A stretch of 54,282 bases of DNA from Candidatus Micrarchaeota archaeon (GTDB taxonomy: Archaea > Micrarchaeota > Micrarchaeia > Anstonellales > J096). Shown here piece after piece: positions 45,850 through 54,282 of the stretch. The stretch covers positions 1-54,282 of the forward strand of contig JALWQW010000016.1 in NCBI GenBank assembly GCA_026982895.1, written 5' to 3'. A program made the position numbers and the translations under genes. Within the stretch, counting starts at the first letter, position 1; each line of letters starts with the position of its first letter. The notes under the pieces are model-generated. The model saw nothing but the letters and a program-made list of their open reading frames with translations, had not been told where the DNA came from and did not search any database.

Positions 45850-48705
45850 ATGAAAGGTGTAAACCTAAAGAAACTAGGAGCCATTTTGGCTGGGACTGCC
45901 ATTCTGGCAGGAAGCCTAGCCTTTGCAGGTGCCGTAACTTATAACGGCATCCAGTTAGTGGACGACAGCGGCTCGCCAGCAGCCAAGGTTGTTGTGGGTA
46001 GCCAAGCAGCTGTAAGTGATGCAGTAGCTGCTTCTCAGATTGCCCAATTCTTGGCAAACAAGGCGTATGTGACAAAGACCTACACAGCTAAGGTAACTGG
46101 CCAAGACCAGCTCAGCTGCAGCGGAAGCAGCGAGGGATCAAGCCCAGAGGCAAGCTGTACTGTAAGCGACGAGAGCGTAACCTTGGAAGTTACTGTTCCA
46201 GGCGTCAGCAGCACAGCAGTGCACAACTTCGGCTTGTTAATCGCTGAAGATGCAGACAAGGACCTTGGCGACAGGGATGCTGACTACTACAACTATGAGG
46301 GTGACTTGCTTGACGATGAGCCAAACCCATTCCAAGACCAAAACGGTGGCGAGTTAAACATGGATGGGGCTGAAACCAACTATCAAGCATATATGATCGA
46401 CGGCAACAAGCTCGGTGCATTCAACACATATGAAGTTAAGAGCTCAAAGTTTGGCATCACAGCCAACGAGTATGAGAGAGCTTACTTCAAGATGCACACA
46501 GAGTTTGATGGCGACGACCAGATCGTAGTTCCTGGTGAGAATGTCGTTTACCAGATTGTATTCGGTCCTAGCGACCAGGGCATTCCACTTTGTCCAGGCG
46601 ACACATCTAAAACAGTAAGTGAATGTGATGATAATCAAGGACTTGGGGCTGCAAGATACCAAATTAGGTTTGCAGGAAGCGATTGGATCATTAGTGATAT
46701 TGACTCATTAACATCTACCTCCACCACAGCAACAACACCATCTTTAAGTACTGATAAAGTAGTAGGGTTACCTGATGATGGTTTCACAATTAAATTAGCT
46801 AAAGAAGCAGCATACGGAATAGTAAATGTTGGTAGTTCTTTGAAAGGCGAAGGTTATGAAGTTAGCTTGGATGATATCAGCAGAGATGACACTCAACACA
46901 ATCCAGCTATTATATCTATTAAAGATGGCAGCGGCAATGTTGTAGCTCAAGATCAGATTAAGCCCGGTACAACCAAGGAAGTTAGCTTGGGCAATGGAGA
47001 GAAATTAACCATCCATGTCTATCAGACAGCTCCTGGTTATACATTGGGTGCTAAGTGGGCTGAGATGGCTATCTTAAAGGACGAAATTAGATTAGAGGAA
47101 GGCAAAGAATTCATGGACTATGCAGATAAAGATTCCAACTATAAAGTTTATCTTGGCTTCACCGATAAGAATGGGGCTAATACAGGCCTTATGAAAGATG
47201 TAACTAATTTGAAGGAAATTACATTTGTGGGTGATGCAGACCTCTATGGTTCTGATGACAACCAACTAGAGCCTGGCGACAGCGTACCTGTTCTTGACTT
47301 GGATGGATACAACGCCTATGAGCTTAAATACAATGGCTTGGAAACTGAAGATGATGGTATAGAGTTTGACACACTTAGCTTCCAATACAGCGATGGTACG
47401 AAGAATAATCAGGATCTTTATGACCTTGCAACTGATAGTTCATATATGGATGACGTTGATTTAGAGGGTTATATTAAAGTTTCGTCTAGCTTAGAAAAAG
47501 CTTTTGAGAACAGTAACCAAAGATCTGGCGAAGTTCTTGTAGGGCTTGCTCAAAACTTTGACTCAGGTGAAACTGACAGTGATGGTACCCCCATTTATGT
47601 AAAGAATTTGCCAGTAGTCTTACTTAAAAGAGCTGATGGAGGCTATTATGCAGTTACAACAAAAGACGATGTTACTGTGGATACTACTGTGGCAGGTGGT
47701 GCTGCTACTGTGGATGCTACCGATACAGTTTCAATGGCCGCAGCTACAGAACATTTTACCTACAAACAAGCTGGTAGGGACAATGGTGATTTGAGTGTAG
47801 CTGTTCCAGCAGTTTCACATGCTCTCGCAGCGACAGACATTACAGGTTGTGATGATGGACTTACAGACACTCCTTGTATAGTTACAGTATCTGCAGCCGA
47901 TGGTGGAACTCTAGATGGTGAAACGTTATCTTTAGTAGAAGACATTGGTGAAATTGCTAATAACGATGAGACTGGCACTATCTCATTTGTAACTAGTGGT
48001 GGTAAATTTGTAGACAGTGGTGGTGATGACGAAAAAATAGATTATGTTGTCAGTGCAGCAGGTTATGACCAATATGGTTATTCAGCTGCTCCTGGTAATG
48101 AGGAAGATACAGGTTTCATAAGCATGAGAGGTACAGAGTTCAAGAGCGCTACTGATAGCAAGCGTGTATTCAGCGTGCCAGACAAGGTAAGAGAAGCTAA
48201 GTTCGTCTTCAAGCCAACAGCAGAGGCGAGCGAGAGCAGCTCAACACAGACCGTAACTCTACGCGAGGGCGATGAGCACGACTTCGGCGGCGGCGTTAAG
48301 GTAAAGGTTGCAAGCATCGATGAGAAGGCTACTGCAAGCGTAAGCGGCACTGGTGCTGCTGGCAGCTGCGCAGTAAGCGGCGCTGACCAATTAGGCGCTG
48401 TCATCACCGATGGCCAGACCTTTGCTCAGTCTACTTTGGAGGCAGCCACTGTTAACGATGTTAAGGAGAACCTCGTAGTTCTCGACAGTGATGCCGCTGA
48501 TGTAGGCACAAAGATCGTCGTTGGTGGTCCTGCTGTCAACAGCGTAGCTGCTGAGGCTTTCAGCAACGCCGGCTTGGAGCTCAGCCCAGACAACAGTGTG
48601 ATCGTCCAGAAGGTTGACGAGAAGACCATTGTTGTCGCCGGTTACACAGCTGAAGACACTCAGAGCGCTGTTAAGCAGTTCCTCGACAGCGTAGAGGTAG
48701 CATAA
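45850..48705 (+). CDS. Major S-layer protein (S_layer_N/S_layer_C type)
   Basis: KKLGAILAGTAILA signal, VVVGSQAAVSDAVAASQIA (N-terminal), IVVGGPAVN and IVVAGYTAEDT (C-terminal); acidic; GAGGTG SD. Confidence 0.9.
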   Translation: MKGVNLKKLGAILAGTAILAGSLAFAGAVTYNGIQLVDDSGSPAAKVVVGSQAAVSDAVAASQIAQFLANKAYVTKTYTAKVTGQDQLSCSGSSEGSSPEASCTVSDESVTLEVTVPGVSSTAVHNFGLLIAEDADKDLGDRDADYYNYEGDLLDDEPNPFQDQNGGELNMDGAETNYQAYMIDGNKLGAFNTYEVKSSKFGITANEYERAYFKMHTEFDGDDQIVVPGENVVYQIVFGPSDQGIPLCPGDTSKTVSECDDNQGLGAARYQIRFAGSDWIISDIDSLTSTSTTATTPSLSTDKVVGLPDDGFTIKLAKEAAYGIVNVGSSLKGEGYEVSLDDISRDDTQHNPAIISIKDGSGNVVAQDQIKPGTTKEVSLGNGEKLTIHVYQTAPGYTLGAKWAEMAILKDEIRLEEGKEFMDYADKDSNYKVYLGFTDKNGANTGLMKDVTNLKEITFVGDADLYGSDDNQLEPGDSVPVLDLDGYNAYELKYNGLETEDDGIEFDTLSFQYSDGTKNNQDLYDLATDSSYMDDVDLEGYIKVSSSLEKAFENSNQRSGEVLVGLAQNFDSGETDSDGTPIYVKNLPVVLLKRADGGYYAVTTKDDVTVDTTVAGGAATVDATDTVSMAAATEHFTYKQAGRDNGDLSVAVPAVSHALAATDITGCDDGLTDTPCIVTVSAADGGTLDGETLSLVEDIGEIANNDETGTISFVTSGGKFVDSGGDDEKIDYVVSAAGYDQYGYSAAPGNEEDTGFISMRGTEFKSATDSKRVFSVPDKVREAKFVFKPTAEASESSSTQTVTLREGDEHDFGGGVKVKVASIDEKATASVSGTGAAGSCAVSGADQLGAVITDGQTFAQSTLEAATVNDVKENLVVLDSDAADVGTKIVVGGPAVNSVAAEAFSNAGLELSPDNSVIVQKVDEKTIVVAGYTAEDTQSAVKQFLDSVEVA

Positions 48706-48712
48706 GTTCTAC

Positions 48713-48733
48713 CTTCCTTTCTTTTTTTCTTTT
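48713..48733 (+). terminator. Oligo-T terminator after the S-layer gene
   Basis: Pyrimidine/T-tract directly after TAA. Confidence 0.6.
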
Positions 48734-48734
48734 A

Positions 48735-49096
48735 GAAACCTTTTTCAAAAAAAGGTTTCATCGAAAAACTCTATTATATTTCTTGCTGGAGCTTCTTTTT
48801 TAAAGAAGGTCCTAAGAAGTTTCATCAAGAAAACAAACCTCTTTAAAAAAGAGGTTTGATCGAGAAAATTTAAGCACATATAAGCTCATTTTTGATGGAA
48901 CTTTTTCTTAAAAAGTTCCTTAGGAAGAAAGTTTTATCAAAGAAAACAAACCTTTTAGGAAAAGGTTTGATCGAAAAAACTTTTTTAGATTTATCAAAGA
49001 AAAGGCTCAATCGAAAATTTGGCAAATATTGGCTTATATTTTTTGATGGAACTTTTTCTTAAAAAGTTTCTTTTAAAGAAGGTCCTAAGAAGTTTC
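48735..49096. repeat. Cluster of REP-like AT-rich palindromes in both orientations
   Basis: AAACCT(T/C)TT..AA(A/G)AGGTTT+(G/C)ATCGA at 48735, 48834, 48947; inverted TTTTGATG+GAACTTTTT-CTT-AAAAAGTT at 48897, 49048; 26-bp direct repeat at 48798 and 49071. Confidence 0.75.
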
Positions 49097-49260
49097 CGCA
49101 TAATTGTGGAAAATATGCGGCTCGCCAATCCGCAAGATTGCGGAAAATATGCGGATTAGAGATGCGATTGTTGTGGGCTGATGGATTCTAAGAGCTTGCC
49201 AAAAGTTAAGCTCTACTTGGACTTTTCTCCCCCAAAAGTCAAGGTTGAGCTGGACTTTTC
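49095..49260. repeat. Two tandem doublets of imperfect palindromes (34- and 33-bp period)
   Basis: TCCGCA-N4-TG(T/C)GGAAAATATGCGG at 49095 and 49129; CCAAAAGT(T/C)AAG-N7-TGGACTTTTC at 49199 and 49232. Confidence 0.7.
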
Positions 49261-49515
49261 GGAAGAGTTTAGGGAATCTGTGGGCATTTTGTAATTTTAT
49301 ATTGTTGTGCGTGTTTTTGGCAAATATGTACATTGGTGGTGTGCATGTTTATGGAAAAGATGCACAAAGGGTTAGAGCATTGAGCTAATGATATGGAGCT
49401 TAGCTTTAAGTTATTAGCGGATAAGGTCCTAGTCATGCCAATATAAGCCCATACACCACCTTTTGACACATAACTTTAAAAACACTTATATACTATAATA
49501 ATACTAGGTGAAATC

Positions 49516-50484
49516 ATGTATAAAGCTCGTATTCGCGTAAATCTGCTTAATGATGTTAAAAAGCCAAAAAATGCATTCAAGAAGCACGAGATAAAAGAGG
49601 AAAGAAAGCCCTTCTTAACTAAGCTAAGAAACAGCACCTTCGCTTATCTCTTCTATGGTATAAGTGCATTCGGCTTATACACAGGAGGCATAACAGCATA
49701 TAGTTTAGTTAATCCAAAAAGTAAAGTTGTTAGTGTGGCTTATGGCTATACAATAACTCCTGCTTCAAAGAAGATAATTAGTAAAAAACTAGACGAAGCC
49801 CTGCCTGATGTAGATACAATCTATAAAGATATAAAGAAGATTAGAGAAAACATTATCGAATATATTAAGCAAAGAGCAGATGGAGCTAACATAAGCGAAG
49901 AAAACCTAAAACGCTTAATAAAAGAAGAAGCTAAAAGGAGATTTGAGCTTATATTTCATCCTGGCGGAGAATTAGCTAAATTAAACGCTCAATTCTTAGA
50001 TAATGTTATAAGTCAAGAAGGGTATTTCAGTAAAGCTATCCCACTATTAGTTAAAGCAGCTTATTATGTTCCTCTTATGTTTGATTCAGAAGATGAATTA
50101 AATGAGATGCTTAGTAAAGTCCAAGCAAGAGCCAATGCAATAGATAGAGAAATAGATGATTTAATGTATAAAATAAAGAATTATGAGTGTGAAGATAGAG
50201 ATGCTTGTATAAGAGATGCAGAAGCACTTACAAGACAGCAGTTCTTAACAGATCTCGAGATAACTGCTCTAAAAGCAGGAGATAAAATAAAGGGCTTATA
50301 TGAGCATATGGAGAAAGCGGAAGAACACAAAAGAAGGGCACAGGAGTATGAAGAGCAAGAAAAGAAGTGGGAAGAGCTGGAGAAAGGCTTCGAGGAGAAT
50401 GAGAAGTATATTAAAAAAGGCGAGGAGATTGATGAAAAAATTAATCGCATGACAACAGAGGATTTGAAGAAGCTAGGCTGGTAA
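49516..50484 (+). CDS. Hypothetical single-pass membrane protein with coiled coil
   Basis: Basic N-terminus, TM FAYLFYGISAFGLYTGGITAYSLV, helical remainder; AGGTGA SD. Confidence 0.75.
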   Translation: MYKARIRVNLLNDVKKPKNAFKKHEIKEERKPFLTKLRNSTFAYLFYGISAFGLYTGGITAYSLVNPKSKVVSVAYGYTITPASKKIISKKLDEALPDVDTIYKDIKKIRENIIEYIKQRADGANISEENLKRLIKEEAKRRFELIFHPGGELAKLNAQFLDNVISQEGYFSKAIPLLVKAAYYVPLMFDSEDELNEMLSKVQARANAIDREIDDLMYKIKNYECEDRDACIRDAEALTRQQFLTDLEITALKAGDKIKGLYEHMEKAEEHKRRAQEYEEQEKKWEELEKGFEENEKYIKKGEEIDEKINRMTTEDLKKLGW

Positions 50485-50524
50485 CAGCGAAAACTATTAA
50501 AAGCCCTTTCCTTCATTTTTATGT

Positions 50525-52150
50525 ATGTTAGGCGGACAGGAAAAGAGTGTCGAAGTTAAACCCGTTAAGAACATAGATCAATTTAAACAAATTTTAGAAA
50601 ATTTTTTTAAGTTAAGAATCAAAACGAAGGAAATTATCACAGGAAGATTTTCCCCACAAGAAAAGAAGAAAGCCCTTGAAGACCTTCTATCACTTTATAC
50701 AAAGACAAAAGCCCAACTCGACAACTTTATAAAGCTCTACAAAGAGGGAAAGCTGCCTAATGATGCTGTTATTAAGCTCCACGCCGCTGGCTACACGATA
50801 AAAGACCTAGAGGATATGAGCAAAAATTTGGACGAAACAATAAAGCAATTAGATAAAACCCTTACTGCTTATAACACCTACGATAATAATAGAACAAAAC
50901 CAAACGCAGATAAACTCTTAGGCAACTTTATTGCCCAACTCCAAACAGCTCTTTCTTCTGAATCCATTGCATTTAAGCAGCTCTCCATGCTTAACTCTAC
51001 GCTAAAAGACGTTTCAGCCACTGTGAAGAGGGAAATAAGTGAGAAGAAGCATCTCGAACAGAAGCAATACATTCGAAATAGAGTATCATCTGAGGTCAAA
51101 AAAGTAGAAGCTAAAAGAGTACTCAACGAAGGAGCTCAGAAGAGTGCTAAAAAGAACAAAAAGAAATACGATGTGATCCAAAAAGTAAAAAAGCAGAAGA
51201 ACATCGTGGAAGAGCTTTGTCCTGAATGTGCTAAGGAAATGAAGGAGTTCTCTAAAGCAATGAAGGAGGGTCGTATAAAGGACGCTCTGGCTATTATTAA
51301 GCGAATCCGCAAGGAATATGCTGAAAGGCTAAAAAAGAAAAAGCCCAAGGTCTTTGCGGCATTAAATAGAATAGACTCTTTATTAACCGGCTTCATTAAA
51401 GACTTCGGTAAGGACATGGCACAGAATCCGAAAAGGGAAAGGAAGCTAAACGCATTGGCTTGGAAAAGCAATTCTTTTGAAGATTACATTACAGCCGCTC
51501 ATAATCAGAACTTGATTTCTGATGCGGTTTTCCAAGCGGCTCAGGATTTGATAAAGGGGCTAAATCAGCTAGCCCAAAACCAGCCTGTAATGGTAGCAGA
51601 AACAGCTCCTGTCCTAACGCCAGAAGAGGTTAATGATATTTTAAGCGGCTCGGAAGAGGAGAATTACGCTCAATACCTCCAAGAGGAATTAGCGAGAATG
51701 GCAGGCATAGCAGGGTCTGTCTTGGAAGAGGTTATAAGGAAAATGGCAGAGGAAGATGAGACGCTTAAGAAAATCCTAAAAGAGCAGGCGAAGCAGGACA
51801 AGGAAATCGAGAAGCGGATAAGAGAAGCGGTTAAGAAGGCAATGAAAGTCGCGATGAAAAACAAAAGTGCGGTGTTATTGGCTTATCTTCAGTACATAAA
51901 AGATGAGATGCCGAATGTGGGTGATGAGGGGCTTAGCTTTAAGATGTTGGCGGATAAGGTCATGGGTAATATAAGCAACGATGAGCGGCTGGCATTACAA
52001 CGCGGCGGCATCCTCAGGAACATCCTCGGCAGTGAGGAGCCATCCTTCGGCGATGTGGAGAAGCTCCTATTGGCGTTATTCCCCAATGAGAATCTTCCTG
52101 CTAATACAGTAGCGGGCTCAGACACTCATAGGGGGGGGTCCGAGGCGTAG
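50525..52150 (+). CDS. Hypothetical coiled-coil protein (541 aa)
   Basis: Long Lys/Glu-rich helical ORF, single CPEC motif. Confidence 0.75.
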   Translation: MLGGQEKSVEVKPVKNIDQFKQILENFFKLRIKTKEIITGRFSPQEKKKALEDLLSLYTKTKAQLDNFIKLYKEGKLPNDAVIKLHAAGYTIKDLEDMSKNLDETIKQLDKTLTAYNTYDNNRTKPNADKLLGNFIAQLQTALSSESIAFKQLSMLNSTLKDVSATVKREISEKKHLEQKQYIRNRVSSEVKKVEAKRVLNEGAQKSAKKNKKKYDVIQKVKKQKNIVEELCPECAKEMKEFSKAMKEGRIKDALAIIKRIRKEYAERLKKKKPKVFAALNRIDSLLTGFIKDFGKDMAQNPKRERKLNALAWKSNSFEDYITAAHNQNLISDAVFQAAQDLIKGLNQLAQNQPVMVAETAPVLTPEEVNDILSGSEEENYAQYLQEELARMAGIAGSVLEEVIRKMAEEDETLKKILKEQAKQDKEIEKRIREAVKKAMKVAMKNKSAVLLAYLQYIKDEMPNVGDEGLSFKMLADKVMGNISNDERLALQRGGILRNILGSEEPSFGDVEKLLLALFPNENLPANTVAGSDTHRGGSEA

Positions 52151-52370
52151 GCTCCTCATTAGCGAAGAGTTCTCTGCTTTTATCGGGCACTATGCTCAGC
52201 AAAACCCCGAACAGCTCACTAACATCGCCTTTCTTCGCTTTTTCCAATGCTTTCTTATAAGCGGCTTTGAAGTTAGCATCTTGTAAATGCCTGTTGAGGG
52301 TCTCCATGTAGTGCTTCTTCTCATCTAAGCTCAGCTGGGAGAAGTAGTTGGCGAAGGCTAGTGTGTGGCA
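52101..52370 (-). pseudogene. Possible 3' fragment of a truncated gene
   Basis: Frame stays open and protein-like upstream of ATG 52307 (LAFANYFSQLSLDEKKHYMETLNRHL...) until a stop near 52375 with no start codon. Confidence 0.35.
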
Positions 52371-52413
52371 TGATTATATATTAAGGCTATGTCGCGGTTT
52401 GGGCTATGGGAAG

Positions 52414-52560
52414 AATTGGCAGTCAAAATGCCAATATTCCGGAAAAATTGGCAGTGGCAATGCCAATTATGGACTAATCTAAGCCGAATTTGTCAATATT
52501 TTATAGTTGTTATAAGAAAATTTAGAATTATTTTATAGTGGCTATGAAAAATTAAGAATT
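52414..52560. repeat. Two tandem doublets of imperfect palindromes (32-bp period)
   Basis: AATTGGCAGT-N3-AATGCCAAT at 52414 and 52446; TTTTATAGTGGCTATGAAAAATTAAGAATT-like copies at 52499 and 52531. Confidence 0.65.
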
Positions 52561-52707
52561 GGTAATCTCAAAACAAGGAGATGTGGAGACGCTCCACTAC
52601 GCTGTGGAAGTAACTGTTGGACTTAGACACCAGGATGGCGTAGCCAAAATATGCAAGTATGTTCAATAAATGCTAAGGTTTTTAAGCATTTTTGTTCAGT
52701 AACTGCT

Positions 52708-53979
52708 ATGCTAAGCAAGATTTTGGCTTTTCAGCAAGAAGAGTGGGAGAAGCTCCTAGGAGAGAAATTGATAAGAAGGGATCTAGAAGAAACGTTTCTC
52801 ACATATCTCTCAAAGCCACTGGCGAAGCTCATCACTGGGCCAAGAAGAGCTGGGAAGAGCACCTTTGCCCTTATGCTACTAAAAGATAAGAACTTCGCAT
52901 ATGTTAACTTCGATGAGCCGCAACTCTCGAAGGTGGGGCTAAGCGACTTATTGGAAGCTATACAGGAAGTTTATGGAAATGTTAATGGCATATTCTTAGA
53001 TGAAGTGCAAAACGTTGAGGGATGGGAACTCTTAGTTAACAGCCTACTCAGGAAGGGTTTTAACATCGTGATAAGTGGGAGCAATGCCAAGCTCATGAGC
53101 AAAGAGCTCTCCACTCACTTAACAGGAAGGTATATGAGTTTTGAACTTCTACCTTTCAGCTTCAACGAATGGTTGAGGGCTAAGGGGATGGGAGTAAAGC
53201 TCACTAATGAGGGCCTCATTAGAAGGGAACTAGTGGATTACATGTCCAGGGGTGGATTTCCCGACGTTGTCCTGCGCGGCTTAGATGAAAGCTACTTGGA
53301 GACGCTTTTCAATGCTATTGTTTACAGAGATGTGGTGCTGAGGTGGAGGGTCAAGCATACTGCCCTGTTAGAGAAGTTAGCTCTTTATTTGGTGTCGAGT
53401 TTTGCTTCCGAATACAGCTACACTAAACTAAGAAAGCTCTTTTCATTCAGGAGTGTATTCACTGTCCAAAATTATGTGAAGTACTTAGAGGAGTCATATC
53501 TCTTTTTTTCATTGACTAATTTCTCCTTCAAAGCTAAAGAGCGCCTTAACTCACCTAAAAAAGCATACGTAGGCGACCTAAGCTTCATAAACGCTCTCTC
53601 CCCCACATTCAGCAAAGACATAGGCAAGCGTATGGAAAATGTCGTGTTCTTAGAGTTATATAGGCGAGGCCATGTGTCTGGTAAGACCCTTTTTTACTAC
53701 AAAGGCAGGGATTATGAAGTAGATTTCGTCGTTAAAGAGCGCAACAAAGTAAAGCAGCTCATCCAAGTGAGCTATGCCAGCAGCTTAGACGAGATAGAGC
53801 GAAGAGAGCTTCGAGCCCTTCTATCGGCGAGTGAGCAGTTAAAATGCGACAATTTGGTGGTTATAACATGGGATTACGAAGGCGAGGAGCTGTTAAAGCC
53901 ATGGGGAAAAGCGGCGAGGAAACGCGTTAAATTCACCCCGCTGCGGACGCGGCTGCTGAATATAAACTCCGAGGATTAA
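52708..53979 (+). CDS. AAA+ superfamily ATPase (COG1373, AAA_14 + DUF4143)
   Basis: GPRRAGKS, FLDEVQNV, SGSNAKL, LTGR, PFSFNE, GGFPDV, ENVVFLEL, YEVDFV, LIQVS. Confidence 0.92.
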   Translation: MLSKILAFQQEEWEKLLGEKLIRRDLEETFLTYLSKPLAKLITGPRRAGKSTFALMLLKDKNFAYVNFDEPQLSKVGLSDLLEAIQEVYGNVNGIFLDEVQNVEGWELLVNSLLRKGFNIVISGSNAKLMSKELSTHLTGRYMSFELLPFSFNEWLRAKGMGVKLTNEGLIRRELVDYMSRGGFPDVVLRGLDESYLETLFNAIVYRDVVLRWRVKHTALLEKLALYLVSSFASEYSYTKLRKLFSFRSVFTVQNYVKYLEESYLFFSLTNFSFKAKERLNSPKKAYVGDLSFINALSPTFSKDIGKRMENVVFLELYRRGHVSGKTLFYYKGRDYEVDFVVKERNKVKQLIQVSYASSLDEIERRELRALLSASEQLKCDNLVVITWDYEGEELLKPWGKAARKRVKFTPLRTRLLNINSED

Positions 53980-54080
53980 TGAAGTATGTAAGGGTTAGAA
54001 GTTTCTATATTTTGAGAAAAAATTAGTAGAAAATTTCCCAAAACAGAGAAATTTTTAAAACTTTCCCCTCAAGACCCTTT

Positions 54081-54282
54081 ATGTATGATAGAGAATTTGT
54101 GTTGGAGTACTTCAATTACCTCCGTGGGAGGGTTAATAATAAGCAGTATTATCCTTGTGAACTCTCCATAAAGCCTTTGGAAGAAAAAGTCTTTGTGCTG
54201 TGGGGGCCAAGAAGGGCTGGGAAGAGCAGTCTCCTTCAACACTTCTTTAAGGAAAAAACAGGTACTTTTTACATCGACCTCG
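54081..54282 (+). CDS. Second COG1373-like ATPase (5' partial, runs off window)
   Basis: Own translation MYDREFVLEYF...VLWGPRRAGKSSLL...FYIDL. Confidence 0.8.
   Translation, partial: MYDREFVLEYFNYLRGRVNNKQYYPCELSIKPLEEKVFVLWGPRRAGKSSLLQHFFKEKTGTFYIDL

Noticed and set aside
48735-49260. CRISPR array or complete IS element
   Set aside because: Repeats are irregularly spaced, in both orientations and heterogeneous, and there is no transposase ORF
49085-49469. Short minus-strand ORFs (82 and 66 aa)
   Set aside because: They run through palindromic repeats with no recognisable motif or SD; probably non-coding

Overview
Archaeal chromosome segment. Compact gene packing, a bacterial-type gyrase, VirB2/TrbC-like pilins and the S-layer type fit a DPANN lineage such as Micrarchaeota (inferred, not proven). 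Most of the window is housekeeping: trm1, tRNA-Gly(TCC), Dim2/Pno1, gyrB-gyrA, pth2, rps8e, rpoK (absent from the ORF track), a GlmU-like transferase, valS, a long rearranged ribosomal/translation operon (rpl3 to rps24e/Sm) and the major S-layer gene. The most unusual element is a 1006-aa protein (24555-27575). It carries about 14 near-identical 34/38-aa helical repeats (102/114 bp) with a hypervariable xx-T-xx patch shuffled between units, fused to a C-terminal His-Cys (RGHSY...GSCGS) caspase/gingipain-like domain. It is a candidate diversifying receptor-protease. Other notable items are an unannotated dual-guide box C/D RNA predicted to methylate C34 and U39 of tRNA-Leu(CAA), tandem Cys-bracketed VirB2-like pilins, a membrane protein ending in a Roadblock-like domain, a TPR-AAA ATPase and a fibre/PilV-like adhesin. 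There are also a compositionally mosaic S-layer gene, REP-like palindrome clusters, 32-34-bp palindrome doublets flanking an accessory island, and a structured rpl3 leader. All assignments come from visual motif recognition; no database searches were run.
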